From a bacterium (lineage in GTDB: Bacteria; UBA8248; JACPRG01; G963555815): a DNA stretch of 64,000 nucleotides. Positions 52,285 to 62,159 of this stretch are shown here, piece after piece. Below the pieces are notes generated by a model. It did not search any database. It saw only the letters and a list, made by a program, of their open reading frames with translations, and had not been told where the DNA came from. The first letter of the stretch is position 1, and each line of letters begins with the position of its first letter. Location of the stretch: NCBI GenBank assembly GCA_965261595.1, contig CBDHDG010000005.1:480001-544000 (forward strand). Reading direction: 5' to 3'. Both the position numbers and the translations under genes were made by a program.

Positions 52285-52443
52285 CAGGCCTGCACCAGTT
52301 TGTGAAACATGGGGTCAGAATCGAATCCACCCCTCAAAAGCGCGCGCCTTCATCGGGCGACGCGGATACCAAGATGCCGGAGAGCGCCGGGCGATGCAAG
52401 CGTGAATCGGAGGACGGCGATCGATGTGCATGGGGCCGACCAC

Positions 52444-52734
52444 CAGGCGTTGAAGTCCTGATCCGCGATTCAAGATTCAAGATTCAAGACGTGACCGTTC
52501 CTCCTTCCCCGGAAGACGGAAGGTCATCGGCGCTCCTTCGCCGTGCCGGACGCCGGTCGGAAGCCTGCGGGGGTCCCCGCCTCTACATTTCAAAGCGGGG
52601 TCCGTACCCGCTCTTTACTGGCCCCATCCCACTTGCTAATCTGTTGGAAAGTGAGAACCGACCACGTTTCTTTTTCCGTCGTGCCATCGCAAGATCGGAT
52701 ACAATACAGAATCTTATAATTGAAGACCTGACCC
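52444..52734 (+). repeat. About 300-bp direct repeat, copy 1
   Basis: Colinear with 53412-53714; ends in AAGACCTGACCC. Confidence 0.9.
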
Positions 52735-52773
52735 TATTTCTTTCTCTAATTCTTTCTTGACCCTAATTCTTTC

Positions 52774-52799
52774 TGTCATTCCGAGCGTAGCGAGGAATC
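52774..52799 (+). repeat. REP-like hairpin
   Basis: TGTCATTCCGAGCGTAGCGAGGAATC. Confidence 0.85.
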
Positions 52800-52839
52800 G
52801 CGCCTCGATTAATAGCAAAGCTTTCCTACCGCGATTTTC

Positions 52840-53187
52840 ATGACCACCATGCGAGCGTACTACGTCTACATCCTGACCAACCCCTCGGGGACCCTTTATA
52901 CCGGCGTCACGAACGACCTTAAGCGGCGGGTCTGGGAGCATAAGCAAAAACTCGTTTCTGGATTCGCTAAGAGGTACAACGTTTCAAGATTGGTTTATTT
53001 TGAGGAGACTTCGGACGTTTATGCGGCCATATCGCGTGAAAAGCAGATCAAGGCTTGGCGGCGGGAGAAAAAGGTCGCGCTCATAGAATCGGTCAACCGG
53101 GATTGGCGCGACTTGAGTGCGGATTGGTTTGAGGACCAAGGACTTTCTCTTGGATCGAGGCAAGATTCCTTTCTGCGCTCGGAATGA
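52840..53187 (+). CDS. GIY-YIG nuclease (UPF0213/YhbQ-like)
   Basis: YYVYIL...LYTGVTNDLKRRVWEHK...REKQIK. Confidence 0.93.
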   Translation: MTTMRAYYVYILTNPSGTLYTGVTNDLKRRVWEHKQKLVSGFAKRYNVSRLVYFEETSDVYAAISREKQIKAWRREKKVALIESVNRDWRDLSADWFEDQGLSLGSRQDSFLRSE

Positions 53188-53189
53188 CA
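53164..53189 (-). repeat. REP-like hairpin, inverted copy overlapping the GIY-YIG stop
   Basis: Reverse complement TGTCATTCCGAGCGCAGAAAGGAATC, 23/26 identical to the 52774 copy. Confidence 0.85.
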
Positions 53190-53295
53190 CCCGTTGGATC
53201 GCAACGGGGATGAGCATTCCGTGGATTGATGGCCCGGGCGTCTGGCGATGAAGGGAAATCCCTATCCTGATTCCGATTCCAATTCACACGCACAA

Positions 53296-53335
53296 TGTCA
53301 TTCCGAGTGCGGGCGACCGGCCCGCACGAGGAATC
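53296..53335 (+). repeat. REP-like hairpin, long form
   Basis: TGTCATTCCGAGTGCGGGCGACCGGCCCGCACGAGGAATC. Confidence 0.8.
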
Positions 53336-53411
53336 CCGCCTCGAACAAGGGTTGAGGGTTTCGCTGGTGGTCGAATAGTGGGCGGTGAGCGATCTGTATG
53401 GGGCCGGCAAT

Positions 53412-53714
53412 CAGGCGTTGAAATCCTGACCCGTGATTCAGGATTCAAGACCTGATCGCTCCTTCTTCCACGGAAGACGGAAGGTCATCGGTGGGCCGTT
53501 CACCGTGCCGGACGCCGGTCGGAAGCCTGCGAGGTCTGCATGGACGGGGACGGGGAAAACCCCTACATTTCAAAGCGGGGTCGCACCTGCTTTTTACTGC
53601 CCAATCCCACTCGCTAATCTGTTGGAATGTGAGACCTGATCTCGTTTCTTTCTCCGTCCTGCCATCGCAAGATCGGATACAATACAGAATCTTATAATTC
53701 AAGACCTGAACCCC
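53412..53714 (+). repeat. About 300-bp direct repeat, copy 2
   Basis: Shares blocks such as GCCATCGCAAGATCGGATACAATACAGAATCTTATAATT with copy 1. Confidence 0.9.
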
Positions 53715-54027
53715 GTGCCTTTGTGACCCCGTTCCTTTGCATTGCCGATGAAAACCATGAGATCCCCTTTCGGTGATGCCGTCAAGAGAGTTTTGAGGCT
53801 GGTGTGTTGGCAAAGAAGAGAGAGTCAGCCTCATCACTTGTCACCCGGCATTGCCTGTCTGATGGCCCTCGCCAACGGCATGCAAACCAAAGCGCCGGGG
53901 AGCGCGGGGCCGCGCAAGCGTAACCGAGAGTGCGGCGAGCGACCGGTGTCAAGTGGGGGTCAACTCCAAATAAATTATCAAGAGATGATTTGACCCGCTG
54001 TCCTATAGAATCCAGGCTCGTTTCTGG

Positions 54028-55281
54028 CTACCCAACTCTGGGAAAGGAGAGATAGAGCGTTTTTCCCTGATGATCATCTTTTTTACTATAGGAGGCCCGC
54101 CTCTTCGGATGGTCAACAAGTCCTGCCTCCTCCTCCGGGGACCACCCTAATGCGACAAGGCGGTTATTGAATGTCCCCACGCGAACACGATAATGATCTG
54201 CCGCCGCCTTATGAGATTTGAATGTAACACCCGCTATGGTAATCGCCTTTCCAGCCCGACGCTGCGGCCGGGGGGCAATGGCGAGGGCCTCTTCAACGGA
54301 CCATCCCTTCATGAGTCTTTTGCGGAATATTGTTGGCGGTATCCCGAAAGCCCTGGCAACCGCGGAATGAGAAGGGTACCGAACCCCTTCAACGATAATG
54401 GGTTTCCATAGCGGGTGAGGGGGAACAGGTTTTTGTTTTTCTCGTGCTCTCGCTGAATGTGGAGCAGTCCGTAGCGCTTTCTCTACCGGCTCGCCGTTCT
54501 TCAATCGGCGTCGAATGGTTTGGGGGCTTACGATGGCACTTTTATCGACTTCTTGAAGGCCGCCGAAGGATTCGGCGCCGGTTTCCAAATTGAGAGCCCC
54601 CTTCCCGCCGCCCCGCCTCGGTGTCAACCCGACGGCCTGCTCGGGAGTCCAGCCTAGCCATAGGCGGTTATAAAAGAGCTGGTGCGGGATGTTGAAATGT
54701 TCAGCGGCTTTAGCTCTGGAAATATAGACAACGCCATTGATAGAGATTTCCTCGGAGACGGAATCCGCGGCCGTCTCTCGTGGAGTGGATTTCCGTAATG
54801 GGTGCGCGCCGAAGGAGGCTCGGTTTCCGAGGAGGGCTTGCTTTCTCATGATCCAGTCCGGGAATATCGCATCGTGCGCGAAGCCGTTGAGCGCACGATA
54901 CGTGAAGAAGTAGGTCGGGGGCACTCCTTTCAAGTTGGTCACCTGGTCCAGGAGGAGGTGAAAGAGGTGGCCCATGGCCACGCCCCAGAGCCAGGCAGAG
55001 GCGGGATTCAGTACCGCGAGCGCCCAGAGAAGAGCGGACACTTCATACCCGTGAAGGGGCTTGTATGCAGTATCCGTGCGATAGGGCTTTCCGACGCCCA
55101 GCCGGGCCAGACGGCCCAAGGCCTTCCGCAATCCCCACGCATGGATATAATCGAAGATATAGTCCAGGTCGATGGTCCAGCCCGCAAGGAAAAAAGCCGT
55201 TCCCATTTCGGGTGACTCGGTTGCGGCGCCCACGGCGACGCCGGCTACGGCGGATGATACAGTATGGCGCACTGCATTCAT
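54028..55281 (-). CDS. Membrane metal-dependent hydrolase-like domain fused to repeated HTH-like DNA-binding modules
   Basis: RH..., IDLDY, LHGYE, GHLFHLLLD in a TM domain; four repeats of I.I.G..Y.S...AA..F....F..RL..GW..E.A. Confidence 0.7.
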   Translation of the reverse strand: MNAVRHTVSSAVAGVAVGAATESPEMGTAFFLAGWTIDLDYIFDYIHAWGLRKALGRLARLGVGKPYRTDTAYKPLHGYEVSALLWALAVLNPASAWLWGVAMGHLFHLLLDQVTNLKGVPPTYFFTYRALNGFAHDAIFPDWIMRKQALLGNRASFGAHPLRKSTPRETAADSVSEEISINGVVYISRAKAAEHFNIPHQLFYNRLWLGWTPEQAVGLTPRRGGGKGALNLETGAESFGGLQEVDKSAIVSPQTIRRRLKNGEPVEKALRTAPHSARAREKQKPVPPHPLWKPIIVEGVRYPSHSAVARAFGIPPTIFRKRLMKGWSVEEALAIAPRPQRRAGKAITIAGVTFKSHKAAADHYRVRVGTFNNRLVALGWSPEEEAGLVDHPKRRASYSKKDDHQGKTLYLSFPRVG

Positions 55282-55487
55282 GAGCGATCCGTTCCCCAAA
55301 GAGGGATGTAGCCCGAATTTCCCATTTTAACCCATATACACGGCATAACTCGAGAATTCCCGGATAACGGTTGGCGTGTAACGATTAGGTTGCCAGGATT
55401 TTGACCGCGTGTAAATGAGTTGTCCCCCGCTCTAGGGTTTTGTTGGACACTCGATTGATCCATGATTCATGGAGAAAGGGTGTCGCG

Positions 55488-55875
55488 ATGAACGAACAAA
55501 AGCAAGAGGGGGCTTTGGCGGAGGGCGCCCGTAGGGCGAACGGAGCCAAGGCCCCAGGGCATCGCAGTGAGCGGGGTCGGTTCTCCTGCCAGGCGCAAGC
55601 GGGAGGCGGTCCTGCGTCTTTTGCGGGGCGAGAGCCTGGAGACGCTCTGCCGCGAGTTGGGCACGACAGCGGCTCGGCTTTCCGCCTGGCGCGAGGCGTT
55701 CCTTCGCGGGGGCGAGGCGGCGCTCAAAGCCCGCCCGGCGGATGAGCGGGCCGAGGAGAACGCCCGGCTCAAGGCCAAGGTGGGCGAACTCACGATGGAG
55801 GGCGAGGTCCTGCGGGAGAAGATCGACCGCCTGGAGGCCGGCCGCCCTTTAGCCGGCAGGAGGTGGAGGCGATGA
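55488..55875 (+). CDS. IS3 OrfA (frameshifted)
   Basis: RKREAVLRLLRGESLETLCRELG...LKAKVGELTME. Confidence 0.8.
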
Positions 55876-56780
55876 GTCAGGCCCGCTTCACCTCCACGGG
55901 CAGAGCCTACGGCCTGAAGCGGGTGTGCGCCCTTTGGGGCTTGGCGCGCTCCACGGTCTACGCGCAACGGCGGCGAGAGGCGGTCCCCGTTCATGAACGC
56001 CCCACGCCCAATAAGCGCGGCCCTGTGGGCCCGTGCACCGATGCGGAACTCCTCGGCCACATCCGGCAGGTCCTGGAGGACTCTCCCTTCCATGGCGAGG
56101 GCTACCGCAAGGTGTGGGCGAGGCTGCGCTTCGCGGGCATCCGCACCAGCAAGGAGCGGGTGCGTCGCCTGATGCGGGAGGCGGGGCTTCAGGCCCCTCA
56201 CCGGGTGGGCAAACCCCGAGGTCCCAAGGCCCACAACGGGACCATCCGCACCGAGCGGCCCGACCGAATGTGGGGCACGCACATGACGACGACGGTGACC
56301 ACCGATGAGGGGATGGCCTCGGTGTTCGTGGCGGTGGATCACTGCTCGGTGGACTGCGTGGGGATCCATGCGGCCAAGAGCGGCAACCGCTTCGAGGCCC
56401 TGGAGCCGATCCGGCAGGGGGTCGCCGAGCGCTTCGCCGGCTTGGAGGCGGACGTCGCCGAGGGGCTTAAAGTTCGTCACGACCACGGCCCCGCCTATCT
56501 GTCCGATGACTTTCAGCGGGAGATCGCCTACCTGGGCATGACCAGTTCGCCCAGCTTCGTGCGGGCGCCCGAGGGAAATGGCTACTGTGAGTGGTTTATC
56601 CGCATCTTGAAGGAGAATCTCCTGTGGGTGCGCTCTTTCGCCACCGTAGAGGAACTGCGGTGGGCGCTGCTTGAGTTCAAGAACCTGTACAACCATCATT
56701 GGATTCTCGAGGGCTACGGCTACCGAACGCCGGCCCAGGCAAGGCAGGAAAAACTCGCTCAAGTTGCGGAGGCCGCATGA
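55872..56780 (+). CDS. IS3 OrfB transposase
   Basis: GEGYRKVWARL, RHDHG, PEGNG..E; the first catalytic Asp appears replaced (WGTH). Confidence 0.88.
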   Translation: MSQARFTSTGRAYGLKRVCALWGLARSTVYAQRRREAVPVHERPTPNKRGPVGPCTDAELLGHIRQVLEDSPFHGEGYRKVWARLRFAGIRTSKERVRRLMREAGLQAPHRVGKPRGPKAHNGTIRTERPDRMWGTHMTTTVTTDEGMASVFVAVDHCSVDCVGIHAAKSGNRFEALEPIRQGVAERFAGLEADVAEGLKVRHDHGPAYLSDDFQREIAYLGMTSSPSFVRAPEGNGYCEWFIRILKENLLWVRSFATVEELRWALLEFKNLYNHHWILEGYGYRTPAQARQEKLAQVAEAA

Positions 56781-57002
56781 GGTCGAATACCCTCACCCGA
56801 GTGTCCAATAACCCAGGGGCGGTCCAGCTCGACCCTGACGGCAACCCCGTCACCCAGGAGCGGTCCGAACAAATTTACGGCCCGGAGGTCGGCCGGTAAG
56901 GGAAAATCGGATCAGCGCCGGCCGGCCGTTGAGCCGATCTCGCGGCCTCAACGAAATCTTGATGAGAAATCCAGCACAATCGGCGGTCAAGGAGAATTCA
57001 AA

Positions 57003-57605
57003 ATGGGTGATGAGAAAGTGATCCGCGTTCCGGCCGGGAATGCGAGGGCCTTCGAGGCGAAGGCCGGCCAATACGTGACGGTCGTCAATCTGGAGGGCCG
57101 GCAGGTCGGGGACTTTATGGTCTTCAACCCGGAAAACCTGAACGAGAAGCTCAGCACGAATGCCACCATCGTGCACATTAATAAGCTTTTTCCCGGTGTC
57201 GGGGATGAGATCCTCTCGGACCTCAGAAACCCGATGCTCGAAGTCGTCCGGGATGACTGCGGGCGTCACGACCTCCTCATTGCGGCCTGCGATCCCCGCA
57301 GGTATGAGATTTATTACAATGTCTCGGGCCACTCGAACTGCTCGGACAACTTCATCGAGGCCTTACGTCCCTGGAAGCTCGAGCGTCACCAACTCCCCCA
57401 ACCCATCAACCTCTTCCAGAACATGGGGTACGACGACGATGGGGGGCTGGAGTTCCGGGAATCCCTCGCCAAGCCCGGCGACCGGATCGTCTTCCGGGCC
57501 GGGATGGACCTGGTGGGGGGCGTCTCCTCCTGCCCAATGGACCTGAACCCCATTTCGGGATTCAAGGTCACGGACCTGGAGATCCGGGTTTCGGACTCCG
57601 TGTAA
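57003..57605 (+). CDS. Urea-carboxylase-associated family protein (DUF1989)
   Basis: GRQVGD, RHDLLIAAC, HSNCSDN, INLFQN, SSCP. Confidence 0.9.
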   Translation: MGDEKVIRVPAGNARAFEAKAGQYVTVVNLEGRQVGDFMVFNPENLNEKLSTNATIVHINKLFPGVGDEILSDLRNPMLEVVRDDCGRHDLLIAACDPRRYEIYYNVSGHSNCSDNFIEALRPWKLERHQLPQPINLFQNMGYDDDGGLEFRESLAKPGDRIVFRAGMDLVGGVSSCPMDLNPISGFKVTDLEIRVSDSV

Positions 57606-57793
57606 AGCACCCGAAGTTGCGCTGGATCGGCGCCCTTCAGCTTCGGCCGGAACCTGTATTCAGGGCGCGCCCCTCACAGATGATTCGGCCGCTCTTTGAG
57701 CAAGGGGTCGCCGACCCCAAGGGTCCGCTGACCCCAAGGGTCCGCCGACCCGCGGTCGAGAGAGAATGTCCGGCTGTTCTCAGGCCTCGCGCC

Positions 57794-58540
57794 TCAATGA
57801 CAGATCCGTCCCCCATTGACCAGAAAAGTCTGGCCCGTGATGAAGCCCGCCCGCTCGGACGTGAGGAAGGCCGCCAGCTCGGCGATGTCCTCGGGCAGGC
57901 CGATCCGGCCCATCGGCACTTGCGAGGCGATCGAAGCCTGAAATTCAGGGTCCAGATACCTTCCGCCTCCGATTCCCGTGGCCGTTACGCCGGGCGAGAC
58001 GCAATTGACTCGAATGTCGGGCGCCAACTGGAGCGCGAGCCACTGGGTCATCATCACCCGGCCGCTTGCGGCTACGTGATAGGGAAGGCTCTGGTTCTTG
58101 GGATGAAAGGCCATCTCGGAGCCGATGTTCAGGATGACCCCGCCGCCCGATCGCCGCATCCCGGGAACGGCTTCGCGGGTGCAGAGAAAGTGGCCTTTCA
58201 GGTTGACCGCCAGAATCCTATCCCAAAGCGCTTCGGTGACATCCTCGAAATTCGGGGCGAGAGGCGCGATGCCCGCGTTGTTGATCAAGACTGTGGGCGG
58301 GCCCAGGGAATCCTCCACGGCGCGGAAGATGGAGGCTACGTCCTCCGGGATGGAGATGTCTCCCGCGACCGCGACGGCCCGGACGCCCGTCTCGCGCGCT
58401 TCCCCGGCGGCTTCCTCCGCTTCTCGCCGGCCTGTCCGGTAATGAAAGGCCACGTCGAGCCCCTCGCGCCCGAGCCGCAGCGCGATGGACCGCCCGATGC
58501 CGCCGCTTGCCCCGGTGACGAGGGCCACTGGGTTGTCCAT
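57794..58540 (-). CDS. SDR family oxidoreductase
   Basis: TGASGGIG, NNAG, RVNCVSPG; YxxxK changed to YHVAA. Confidence 0.9.
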   Translation of the reverse strand: MDNPVALVTGASGGIGRSIALRLGREGLDVAFHYRTGRREAEEAAGEARETGVRAVAVAGDISIPEDVASIFRAVEDSLGPPTVLINNAGIAPLAPNFEDVTEALWDRILAVNLKGHFLCTREAVPGMRRSGGGVILNIGSEMAFHPKNQSLPYHVAASGRVMMTQWLALQLAPDIRVNCVSPGVTATGIGGGRYLDPEFQASIASQVPMGRIGLPEDIAELAAFLTSERAGFITGQTFLVNGGRICH

Positions 58541-58810
58541 CGGATTCCTCCTTCCGTGGGGCGGGTGGTCAAAGATAAAGGGGGTCCATCCTGAAAAAGA
58601 ACGGACCCCCCGGATTCATTCTCGGACGGTGTTTCGGCCTGCGATTGTCTGTGTCTCGTAAGTGGTTTTACATATCGAGATCCGAAGGGTCCCTTGCCCG
58701 CCGGGCAAGGGGTCAATCGACCCAAACGCCCGGCCTACCCGACGGCAGACACCCGGTTTTTTCAAAACAGGTAGGGCGGGCATTTTGACCGCCTTCCCTG
58801 CCACACCGGG

Positions 58811-59944
58811 TCAATCCGCTTTGTTTCGCAGAAAGGTCGGTGTGTCCAGCTCGTCTTCCTCGTAGGGTTGGTAGGCGAGGGAGCCGCTGATCGGCAGGGA
58901 GACGCCGGCGTTGCCGCGGCGTATGTTCGTGGGGATGTCGAGATCCTCGTGGACGACCCTTTTGAGGACTGGCTCGGCGGCCGATTTATCGCCGAAACCG
59001 GTCGCGATCACCGTGACGCGGATTTCGTCTTTCATGCTTTCATCGACCACCGCGCCGAACATGATGTTGGCCTCCTCGTGGGCCGCTTCCTGGATCAACT
59101 GGGCGGCCTCGTGAATTTCATGAAGGGTGATGTCCGGCCCGCCGGTCACGTTGAAGAGGATGCCCCGCGCCCCGTCGATGGCGGCTTCTTCCAGCAGCGG
59201 ACTGGAGATGGCTTGCTGGGCGGCCTCCATGGCCCGGTTTTCGCCCGAGGCCTGGCCGGTCCCCATGAGGGCCATCCCCATCTGGGACATGATGGTTTTG
59301 ACGTCGGCGAAGTCCAGGTTGATCAGCCCCCCTTGCGTGACCAGGTTGGAGATCCCCTCCACCGCCTGGTAGAGCACGTCGTTGGCGATGTTGAAGGCTT
59401 CGGACATCGTCGTGTTCCGCGCCACGACGTTCATCAGGCGCTGGTTGGGAATGGTGATCACGGTGTCGCAGGTCTCTTTGAGCTCCCGCAGCCCGTCTTC
59501 GGCCTGGGCCAGACGCGTCTTTCCCTCGAAGAGGAAGGGTTTTGTCACGACGCCGACCGTTAGGGCGCCGCAGTCCCGGGCGATGCCGGCCACCACGGGA
59601 GCGACGCCCGTTCCCGTGCCCCCGCCCATGCCGGCCGTGATGAACAGCATGTCCGTGCCCACCAGCAGCTCGGCGATGCGCTCGGCGTCTTCCAATGCGG
59701 ACTTCCGCCCCAGCTCCGGGTTGGCCCCGGTCCCGAGTCCTTTGGTGAGCTTGGCGCCCAACTGGAGCTTGACCGGGGCGGTGGAGATTTCCAGGTCCTG
59801 AAGGTCGGTGTTCGCCGCGATGAATTCCACCCCCTTCAGGCCGGCCGCAATCATGGCGTTGACCGCGTTGCCTCCCGCTCCGCCCACGCCAAAGACCTTC
59901 AGCCTCGCGCCCACGTTTCTTTCTTCTTCGAGATCAAATAGCAT
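58811..59944 (-). CDS. ftsZ: Cell division protein FtsZ
   Basis: [31 protein letters not shown]. Confidence 0.98.
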   Translation of the reverse strand: MLFDLEEERNVGARLKVFGVGGAGGNAVNAMIAAGLKGVEFIAANTDLQDLEISTAPVKLQLGAKLTKGLGTGANPELGRKSALEDAERIAELLVGTDMLFITAGMGGGTGTGVAPVVAGIARDCGALTVGVVTKPFLFEGKTRLAQAEDGLRELKETCDTVITIPNQRLMNVVARNTTMSEAFNIANDVLYQAVEGISNLVTQGGLINLDFADVKTIMSQMGMALMGTGQASGENRAMEAAQQAISSPLLEEAAIDGARGILFNVTGGPDITLHEIHEAAQLIQEAAHEEANIMFGAVVDESMKDEIRVTVIATGFGDKSAAEPVLKRVVHEDLDIPTNIRRGNAGVSLPISGSLAYQPYEEDELDTPTFLRNKAD

Positions 59945-59991
59945 CGTCTGGCTCCCTGCCTTGTGGTGATTTCCCCCGCTCTCCGGTGAAA

Positions 59992-61233
59992 TCATTGGAA
60001 AACCTTGGATAAGACGGACTTCATTTGCTCGTAGACATCCCCAAAACCGCCCTTGTGGCCGTTACCCCCGAATCCATTGGATGAGACCTCCCGGTTGAGT
60101 CCGTACAGCAAAAGGCCAATCCCCGTCGCGTGAATCGGGCTTCGGACCATCTGCACCAAGCCGCTCCCGACCCCTGCCGGGATCCCCCGGCGCACCGGAA
60201 TGCTCATCGTCTCCTCGGCGACTTCCGGCATCCCTTCGAGGAGGGTGGATCCGCCGGTGATGACGATCCCCGAGGCGATCAAATGGTCACAGCCGCTCTT
60301 TTGAATCTCCCCGCGCACCATCCGGAAGATCTCCTCCACGCGCGGTTCGATGATCTCGCACAGTACGCGGCGGGAGAGGATCCGCGGCTCGCGCCCCCCG
60401 ATGCCCGGAACCTCGATGGTATCGTTGCGGTCGACCAACGCGGCCTGCGCGCACCCGTAACGCCTCTTGATCCGCTCGGCCTCGCCGGTGGGCGTCCGAA
60501 GCCCCACCGCCAGATCCCGGGTGATGTGATCGCCCCCGACCGGGAGGACGGCGGTGTGCTGGATGGCGTGATCATGAAAGATGGCGAGATCGGTCGTGCC
60601 CCCGCCGATGTCCAACACGCCGACGCCCAACTCCCGCTCGTCATCGGTGAGGCAAGACAGCGAAGAGGCCAACTGCTCCAGGACCAGCCCTTTCGCCCGC
60701 AGGCCCGCTTGCTCGACGCTGCGCGTCAGGTTCTTGGCGGCTGTCACGGAGGCCGTGACAAGATGGGCCCTGCCTTCCAGCCGCACCCCCGAGATCCCCA
60801 GGGGATCCTGGATGCCGTCCTGATTGTCCACAATGTAGCTCTGCGGGAGGACGTGGATGAGCTGCTGATCGACCGGCATGCTCACGGCCTGCGCGGCGTC
60901 CAAAACGCGCTCGATGTCGTCTTGGGCCACCTCCGGGCCGCGAACCGCCACGGTCCCGTGGCTGTTGTAGCTGCGGATGTGGCTCCCGGCGATCCCCACG
61001 TAGACTTCGAAGACGGGGACATTGGCCATCCGCTGGGCCTCCCCCACGGCGGAGATGATGGACTCCACCGTCCGCTCGATGTTGACCACCATGCCCTTGC
61101 GGAGGCCCTGGGAGGGATGGGTCCCCACGCCCAGGATGTCCAGAAGACCGTCCTCTCCCCGCTCCGAGATCAAGGCGCACGTCTTCGTCGTCCCGATGTC
61201 CAGGGCGACGATGTACTCTCCTTTTTTGCTCAT
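59992..61233 (-). CDS. ftsA: Cell division protein FtsA
   Basis: [24 protein letters not shown]. Confidence 0.97.
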   Translation of the reverse strand: MSKKGEYIVALDIGTTKTCALISERGEDGLLDILGVGTHPSQGLRKGMVVNIERTVESIISAVGEAQRMANVPVFEVYVGIAGSHIRSYNSHGTVAVRGPEVAQDDIERVLDAAQAVSMPVDQQLIHVLPQSYIVDNQDGIQDPLGISGVRLEGRAHLVTASVTAAKNLTRSVEQAGLRAKGLVLEQLASSLSCLTDDERELGVGVLDIGGGTTDLAIFHDHAIQHTAVLPVGGDHITRDLAVGLRTPTGEAERIKRRYGCAQAALVDRNDTIEVPGIGGREPRILSRRVLCEIIEPRVEEIFRMVRGEIQKSGCDHLIASGIVITGGSTLLEGMPEVAEETMSIPVRRGIPAGVGSGLVQMVRSPIHATGIGLLLYGLNREVSSNGFGGNGHKGGFGDVYEQMKSVLSKVFQ

Positions 61234-62144
61234 TTTTTGTGCCTTTCCGGGCGACGGGCCGATGACCGCACGACCACCCGGCTCCCCATGGAGAGGTCCG
61301 CCTTACCCGGCCAGGGTTTCTCTCCCCGCCGCTCGAGGAGGAAGGCGAACCGCCTCAACCCTTGCTCCATGTCCCGGGGAGAGAGCCGGACCCAAACCGT
61401 CCGCCCCCTCGACCCCAGAAGGTTCATCGAAATCCTTTCCTTGCCCGGGTGACCGCTCAGATCCACCGCCGCCAGCCGGACCCCGCCCTTTCGGTCCGGG
61501 GGCCAGACGGCGAGATAGGCCCGAATGGCGGCCAACCCCGTCTCGATCGTCTTGCCCGAGAGCGGCCGGCCGGCCCGCGGGGGCTTCGGGGCGCCGCTTA
61601 CGTCGGGACCCCGCAGGACCGGGAGACCCTTCCAGCCTCCCTCCCCCCCCTCGGCCAGGATGACGCCCTCCGCGTCGATCAGGCGCGCCCCCCGGCCTCT
61701 GTCGCCCGTTGGGAAATACACGGCCCAGGGCTTCCTTTCGACCACTTCGACCCGCAGGACGCCGGGGAGATCGCGGGAGAGCGAAGCCGAACGGACCCAG
61801 GGATGGCTCTCTATCCTCCGCCGAAGGGTCTCAAAATCAGCCGCCAGAAGGTTGTCCGTTCTCCGAAGCCCGAGGCGGGCCTTCACGACCGACCGGCTCA
61901 GGTGGGCCGTTCCCGAGACCCTCACCTCCCTCACACGAAAGTAAGGGGAGGCGAGCGACCCACGGTAAAGGGCGTTCGCCCCGCCCAACAGGGCGAGTGC
62001 GGCGGCCCCGCCGCCCGCCGCCAGAAGCCAGACCCGCCGGAACCGGCCTCGGGCGGGATCTTTGGAGAGGGCGGCCGCTTTGGTTTGCGATGGGGTCCGG
62101 CGCCGGACTCCTCCGGCCGGGGTCGCGACGGCGCTTGATCTCAT
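61230..62144 (-). CDS. ftsQ: Cell division protein FtsQ/DivIB
   Basis: TM plus POTRA (FRVREVRVSG...HPWV...VVERKP); position before ftsA. Confidence 0.88.
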   Translation of the reverse strand: MRSSAVATPAGGVRRRTPSQTKAAALSKDPARGRFRRVWLLAAGGGAAALALLGGANALYRGSLASPYFRVREVRVSGTAHLSRSVVKARLGLRRTDNLLAADFETLRRRIESHPWVRSASLSRDLPGVLRVEVVERKPWAVYFPTGDRGRGARLIDAEGVILAEGGEGGWKGLPVLRGPDVSGAPKPPRAGRPLSGKTIETGLAAIRAYLAVWPPDRKGGVRLAAVDLSGHPGKERISMNLLGSRGRTVWVRLSPRDMEQGLRRFAFLLERRGEKPWPGKADLSMGSRVVVRSSARRPERHKK

Positions 62145-62159
62145 GCCGGACGCTTCTCC

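Larger units (their letters stand above)
55421..56826 (+). mobile_element. IS3-family element, no TSD visible
   Basis: Ends TGTCCCCCGCTCTAGGGTTTTGTTGGACAC and GTGTCCAATAACCCAGGGGCGGTCCA; left boundary approximate. Confidence 0.85.

Noticed and set aside
56900..57002. Guanidine-I riboswitch upstream of the DUF1989 gene
   Set aside because: CTAGGGTTCCG and AAAAGCCCGG cores are absent.
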